Positions 59,256 to 64,000 of a stretch of 64,000 nucleotides of DNA are shown here, one piece after another. Position 1 is the stretch's first letter, and every line of letters begins with the position of its first letter. Source of the DNA: an uncultured Chloroflexia bacterium (GTDB taxonomy: Bacteria; Chloroflexota; Anaerolineae; JAAYZQ01); NCBI GenBank assembly GCA_963700285.1, contig CAVOXA010000005.1, positions 128,001 to 192,000 on the forward strand, read 5' to 3'. The position numbers were made by a program, and so were the translations under genes. The notes under the pieces are model-generated. The model was not told the DNA's origin. It ran no database searches and worked only from the letters and a program-made list of their open reading frames with translations.

Positions 59256-59801
59256 ATGGTGGGGCAGGACTGGTCGTCAGATGCGAACGATTTGCTGGCT
59301 GCCTATGCTCGCTCGCCCACAGCGCTGAGAGAGGCCCTCGCAGACGTCGACGACGAGGCTCTGGACCTGGCCCCGCCGGATAGCGGCTGGACCATCCGCC
59401 AGATCGTGCACCACGTTGCTGACGGCGATGACCTTTGGAAGACGTGCATCGAGGCCGCCCTGAGCGAACGCGGCGAGGATGGCGGCGCCGTGGGGCGCGC
59501 GGTGTTTGGCTTGCAGTGGTACTGGGACAAGCCCCAGGACGAATGGGCAGAGTTCTGGGCCTATGCGGAGCGGGAGATTGAGCCTTCGCTGGACCTGCTT
59601 GAGGCGAACCGCCGGCGGACCGTACAGTTGCTGCGCCATGTGCCCGAGCCTCTGGCTCGCTGTATCACCGTCCGCTGGCCCAGCGGCCGGGAACAAGAGG
59701 TCACCGTCGCCTGGGTGGTTGAGATGCAGACCCGGCACGTTGCCGGCCACATCGACGACATCCAGAGGATCCGTGATGCCTATGCTTTGCCTGGCGTCTA
59801 G
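59256..59801 (+). CDS. DinB family protein
   Basis: WTIRQIVHHVAD and H..GH..DI motifs; GGAGGAG RBS. Confidence 0.85.
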   Translation: MVGQDWSSDANDLLAAYARSPTALREALADVDDEALDLAPPDSGWTIRQIVHHVADGDDLWKTCIEAALSERGEDGGAVGRAVFGLQWYWDKPQDEWAEFWAYAEREIEPSLDLLEANRRRTVQLLRHVPEPLARCITVRWPSGREQEVTVAWVVEMQTRHVAGHIDDIQRIRDAYALPGV

Positions 59802-59962
59802 ACCGCAGGTTCGATGGCTGACCTCCGGCAGCTGGCCCTCCACAGAGAACTGGCCGACCCGAATGCACACAATGCCATCAGAATACCATCTAGCAGCCTG
59901 GGCTTCTCACCAGGGCGTTGGCCCGCCGGTACCTGGCGCAGGCGGGCAGGTAGGGTACGCGC

Positions 59963-60802
59963 GTGCAGATATCCAAGTATCAGGCGCTGGGCAATGACTA
60001 CCTCGTCATGGCGCCCGCGGAACCGGGCCAGACCCTGGCCCCCTCTCAGATCCGTCTTGTCTGCGATCGCCACTATGGCCTGGGCTCCGACGGCATCCTG
60101 CTGGGCCCGCTGGCGACGACGGGGGCCGACTTTGGGCTGCGGCTGTTTAACCCCGACGGCGGCGAGTTTGAAAAGAGCGGCAACGGCCTGCGTATCTTTG
60201 CCCGCTACCTGTGGGACAGGGGCCTGGTGGGCGAGGAAGCTTTCACCATCATGACCCCCGGCGGCCTCGTCCAGGCGCGGGTCCACCCGGGCGGCCGGCG
60301 GGTGACGGTCGGCATGGGGCGGGTGAGTTTTGATAGCCGCCAGATCCCGGTCCAGGGACCGCCCAGGGAGGTCATCGACGAGGTCCTGGTCGTGGAAGGG
60401 CAGGCGCTGGCCTACAGCGCCCTGACCATCGGCAACCCCCACTGCGTGGTCCTGGGACAAACGGTGAGTGCCGAGACCGCTCAGCGACTGGGCCCCCACA
60501 TCGAACGCGATCCCCGCTTTCCCAACCGGACCAACGTACAGTTCCTGCGCGTCCTTGACCGGAACGCCATCCAGATCGAGATCTGGGAGCGGGGGGTGGG
60601 CTATACCCTGGCTTCCGGCAGCAGCAGCTGCGCCGCGGCGGCGGTGGCCCACCGCCTGGGCCTGTGCGAGGCACAGGTCGCCGTCCGCATGCCGGGCGGG
60701 GTCATCGACATCAAGATCTCTGAGGATTGGTCGGTCTCCATGGCGGGCGCCGTGACCCGGGTCTTTGAGGGCCACTTTTTCGAGGAGGCGTTCTCGTCGT
60801 AG
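59963..60802 (+). CDS. dapF: Diaminopimelate epimerase family protein with Ser at both catalytic positions
   Basis: KYQALGNDY, DRHYGLGSDG, FNPDG..EKSGNG, GNPH, NVQF and ERGVGYTLASGSS motifs. Confidence 0.85.
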   Translation: MQISKYQALGNDYLVMAPAEPGQTLAPSQIRLVCDRHYGLGSDGILLGPLATTGADFGLRLFNPDGGEFEKSGNGLRIFARYLWDRGLVGEEAFTIMTPGGLVQARVHPGGRRVTVGMGRVSFDSRQIPVQGPPREVIDEVLVVEGQALAYSALTIGNPHCVVLGQTVSAETAQRLGPHIERDPRFPNRTNVQFLRVLDRNAIQIEIWERGVGYTLASGSSSCAAAAVAHRLGLCEAQVAVRMPGGVIDIKISEDWSVSMAGAVTRVFEGHFFEEAFSS

Positions 60803-60889
60803 GCCGGCCCGGTTTTCGAGACTGGCCGGTCTGGAAGCCTGTCCAACAGGGCCGTTCGCCCTACCTGTCCAAATGGAGCCAGATCGTCC

Positions 60890-62218
60890 ATGCCTGTAAA
60901 ACCGTCGAGAAATGATGAGACGCTGACCCTCTCCCGTGAGGAAATGCGGGTCCTGGGCTATGGGGTGGTCGACCTGCTAGTCGAGCATTTCGCCGGCCTG
61001 GGCGAGAAACCGGTCACGCGCTGGGCGGATCGGGCCGAGATGGAGGCCCGATTGCGGGAAGCACTGCCGGAACAGGGCTCCGACGCCCTGGCCTCCGGCT
61101 ACAATGTATTTGCCGGTACCTGGCTGGAAGCCTCGGGGCCGGGACAGATCGAGCTGGTCACCATCGACTGGCTGCGGCAGGCTGCCGGCTGGCCGGCCAG
61201 CGCCGGCGGCCTGTTTGTCAGCGGCGGTTCCATGGCCAACATCACGGCCCTGGCCGCGGCCAGGCACGCGAGGCTGGGTGGCCACAGCCAGGACGCGGTC
61301 CTCTACTGCTCGGACCAGACCCACGCCTCCATCGCCCGCGGCCTGCGCGTACTGGGCTTCCGGGAAGACCAACTGCGCGTCCTGGTCTCTGACAGCCGCT
61401 ACCGCCTTGACCTGCCCTCCCTGCGCCAGGCCATCAATGGGGACCGGGCGGCCGGCCGCAGGCCCTTTTGTCTCGTGGCCAACGCCGGCACGACGAACAC
61501 CGGCGCCGTGGATCCCTTGCCCCAACTGGCAGAGGTCTGCCGCCGGGAAGATCTGTGGCTGCACGTCGATGGCGCCTATGGCGCCGCGGCCGTCCTCTGC
61601 CAGCGGGGCCGGGAGGCCCTGGTTGGATTGGAGGCCGCCGACTCTCTGTCCCTCGACCCCCACAAGTGGCTTTTCCAGCCCTACGAGATCGGCTGCGTCA
61701 TGGTGCGCGAGCAAAGCTGGCTGAAGGACGCCTTCCATATCTTTCCCGAGTACCTGGAGGATGTCGAGGGCAGTGAGGGGGAGATCAACTTCTGCGATCA
61801 TGGCATCCAGCTCACCCGCGGCTTCCGGGCGCTCGAACTCTGGATGTCACTCAAGGTCTTTGGCGGCGCAGGCTTTCGGGCGGCGTTGAACCGGGGCTTT
61901 GAGCTGGCCGAGGTCGCCGAGGCGGCAGTGCGCGAGCAGCCCGGCTGGCAGGTGGTCACGCCGGCCCAGATGGGCGTCGTCACCTTCCGCTGCGCCCCTC
62001 CGGGACTGAGCGAGGAGGCGACGGACCACCTCAACAGGGCCCTGGTTGGGGAAATGATGGCTGATGGTTTTGCCATGATCAGCTCCACCGTGCTGCGCGG
62101 GCGGACCGTACTGCGCATGTGTCCCATCAATCCCCGTACCAGCGATGAGGAGGTGCGGGCGACGGTGCGGCGGCTGGCCACGCAGGGAGAGGATCTCCTG
62201 GCCCTGAAGATGACATAA
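60890..62218 (+). CDS. PLP-dependent group II decarboxylase with an in-frame deletion of about 40 aa (possibly inactive)
   Basis: SGGSMAN, HVDGAYG and DPHKW present; the HPRF-containing segment seen in the paralog at 26356 is absent. Confidence 0.8.
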   Translation: MPVKPSRNDETLTLSREEMRVLGYGVVDLLVEHFAGLGEKPVTRWADRAEMEARLREALPEQGSDALASGYNVFAGTWLEASGPGQIELVTIDWLRQAAGWPASAGGLFVSGGSMANITALAAARHARLGGHSQDAVLYCSDQTHASIARGLRVLGFREDQLRVLVSDSRYRLDLPSLRQAINGDRAAGRRPFCLVANAGTTNTGAVDPLPQLAEVCRREDLWLHVDGAYGAAAVLCQRGREALVGLEAADSLSLDPHKWLFQPYEIGCVMVREQSWLKDAFHIFPEYLEDVEGSEGEINFCDHGIQLTRGFRALELWMSLKVFGGAGFRAALNRGFELAEVAEAAVREQPGWQVVTPAQMGVVTFRCAPPGLSEEATDHLNRALVGEMMADGFAMISSTVLRGRTVLRMCPINPRTSDEEVRATVRRLATQGEDLLALKMT

Positions 62219-62280
62219 GCAATCCCTGGGCAGAACCGCGTGGTACTCGCCTTGGGGTGAGAAAGAGCGGGGTGGCGCGA

Positions 62281-62697
62281 GTGAAAAAGGTCGAGTTCGA
62301 ACTGGAAATCTATACGTTTCAGATCGACTTTGCCAATCATGTCAGCAACATCGTCTACGTCCAGTGGATGGAGATCGGCCGTACCAGGCTTTTGGCGGCG
62401 ATAGGTCTGCCCATCGAGCAGCTTACCCGCGTGGGCATCGCCCCCGTCCTGGCCTCTACAGAGATCGCCTACCAGGAGCCGCTGTACCTGGGCGACCGGG
62501 TCCGGGTCGAGGTGTGGATCTCGGAGCTGCGGCGCGCTTCGGCCCGGCTCGCATTCCGTTTCTACAAGAACGGCGATGTCCGGGTCGCGTCCGGTTCCCA
62601 GAAGGGCTTGTTTATCCATCTCGATACAAAGCGGCCCTACCGGATGAGCGACGAGATGCGAGCCAGGTTCGCGCCGTATCTGGCCGGCGAGGCATGA
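62281..62697 (+). CDS. Acyl-CoA thioesterase (4HBT/YbgC hot-dog fold)
   Basis: IDFANHVSNIVYVQWMEIGR and L.LGD.V motifs. Confidence 0.88.
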   Translation: MKKVEFELEIYTFQIDFANHVSNIVYVQWMEIGRTRLLAAIGLPIEQLTRVGIAPVLASTEIAYQEPLYLGDRVRVEVWISELRRASARLAFRFYKNGDVRVASGSQKGLFIHLDTKRPYRMSDEMRARFAPYLAGEA

Positions 62698-63012
62698 TCC
62701 TGAGCCACTCTCGCTCGAGGCAGGTCCGTGACCTGCTGGTGGACGGGAGCGGGAAGCTGTGGGCCGGCCTTGATCTGTAGGCTGTTGGGCCGGTCACGGA
62801 CCGGCCCAAAGCGGGATACCGCGGTAGGTTGGCCGTTGCGCAGGGAGGCAAGGAATGGGCATAGCTGAATTGGGCTTTGGTCTGGGACTGTTGCTGGCAA
62901 TGGTAATTATCGCGGCAGTTGTTGTCTTTGCCGCTAGCCGCAGGCGCTGAGCCCCAGCCTTCAAGGTTGCACGATATCTCTGATGCCGAAAGCGGAGCAA
63001 AGGAGGTTCCAC

Positions 63013-63714
63013 ATGACAAGTGACCTGCTACCAACAGAATTCACCCCCACCCATCACGCGCTGCTTTTCGCCTGGCTGGCGCGGGCCGTGGTGCGGCGAG
63101 AGGGAGAGACGCGGGGGGAGGCCATCGTGCGCCGCGGGGTGCGGAGCTATGGCGAGCAGCGGGGCCATCGCATGGCCCTGCGGGCGGAGGCCGACGGCTG
63201 GCCGCTGGACATGAACGCCTACCGGGCCTACGGCGAATGGCGGGCCCCCGAGGGGTCCACCGCCGCAGAGCTGGTGCGAGAGGCGCCCGACCCGGTGCAG
63301 CACGTGCTCGAGTGCCCCTGGCACCGGGCCTGGGTGGACGAGGGGCTGATGCCCTACGGCCGGCTCTACTGCCTGGAGGTCGACCACGCCCTGGCGCGCG
63401 GCTTTGGCCCCGATACCCGGCTGGGAGTGAACAGTATCAAGTCTAGCGGCGATGATTGTTGCGAGTTTGTCTACCACGGCGCTGACCTGGAGAGCCGGGT
63501 CCAGCCCAAAGGGCAGACCGTGATGCCCTGGGAGTACCACCTGGGACACCTGTACAAGACCATGACGGAGGTACTCGTCGAGGAGATGGGCGAGGCGGGG
63601 GAGGAGGCAAGCCGCGAGGCATTGGACGGGTTTGCCGCGCGCTATGGACGGGACGCGGCTCGGATGGTCGAGGTGAACGCCGAGGCAGATTTTGACCGGC
63701 TGCCGGAGAGATGA
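63013..63714 (+). CDS. L-2-amino-thiazoline-4-carboxylate hydrolase-like protein
   Basis: AGGAGG RBS; YGEQRG, CPW..AW, YCLEVDHAL..GF and G..CC.F motifs. Confidence 0.7.
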   Translation: MTSDLLPTEFTPTHHALLFAWLARAVVRREGETRGEAIVRRGVRSYGEQRGHRMALRAEADGWPLDMNAYRAYGEWRAPEGSTAAELVREAPDPVQHVLECPWHRAWVDEGLMPYGRLYCLEVDHALARGFGPDTRLGVNSIKSSGDDCCEFVYHGADLESRVQPKGQTVMPWEYHLGHLYKTMTEVLVEEMGEAGEEASREALDGFAARYGRDAARMVEVNAEADFDRLPER

Positions 63715-63724
63715 GCGCGCGCTT

Positions 63725-63761
63725 CAGACTTCCAAAGTCGAGGCCAGACTTCGGAAGTCTG
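63725..63761. repeat. REP-like doublet
   Basis: CAGACTTCCAAAGTC-gaggcca-GACTTCGGAAGTCTG. Confidence 0.65.
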
Positions 63762-63774
63762 AACTGGGAGCGAG

Positions 63775-64000
63775 AGGTTGAGCCAGTCACCAAGGTCGCT
63801 TCGCGTACCAGCCGGGCCAGGGTTGTCAGGGTCGACCAGGTGTCAGCCAGGAAGGTGAGGACCTTGCCTCGCAGGCCGCCGTAGACCGGCAGGGGCTTTG
63901 ATCGCGCTGAGCTTAGCGGCCATTGTGCCCTCCTCGCCACCGCAGCCAACCAGAGTGGAATGTCCCATTATCCCATGAAAAGGCTGGCCACGGGGCTCAG
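63775..64000 (-). mobile_element. Second, differently deleted copy of the IS remnant at 40822-41446 (runs off the window)
   Basis: 63775-63895 is nearly identical to 41022-41142, and CCAGAGTG..ATGTCCCAT.ATCCCATGA recurs at about 63950 and 41351. Confidence 0.75.

Noticed and set aside
1-64000. CRISPR array, tRNA, rRNA or integron attC array
   Set aside because: No regularly spaced repeat-spacer units or cloverleafs were seen. The small genes at 41-49 kb and 58-64 kb lack consistent attC-like sites, and no integrase is present.

Overview
A high-GC (about 60-65% by eye) bacterial window, most likely from Chloroflexota (Anaerolineae-like). That assignment is inferred from gene style and the recurrent 'YLPLVxR' tails on secreted proteins. 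In order, it holds: a peptide/nickel-type ABC transporter cluster with a C45 Ntn-hydrolase and two pyrrolysine-free MttB-family methyltransferases; cysS; three very large secreted repeat proteins; 4Fe-4S proteins, PLP decarboxylases and an orphan OmpR-type regulator; a patch of gene debris including a phage terminase-like relic; several secreted hydrolases; small metabolic genes; and dapF. No rRNA, tRNA or CRISPR array was seen. Four observations stand out. (1) A short motif without a TM helix, [YF]LPL[VI]x[RH], ends six unrelated secreted proteins and sits inside a seventh, making it a candidate sorting or surface-docking signal. (2) A transposase-less 1,266-bp element with 18-bp terminal inverted repeats and a perfect 10-bp target duplication carries an internal fragment of a 4Fe-4S gene, and a 153-bp sibling MITE lies at 4979-5131. 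(3) Some enzymes have altered catalytic residues: DapF has Ser/Ser in place of Cys/Cys, and one subtilase lacks its catalytic Ser. (4) Several REP-like palindrome families occur in the intergenic DNA. All family assignments come from motifs read by eye, not database searches.
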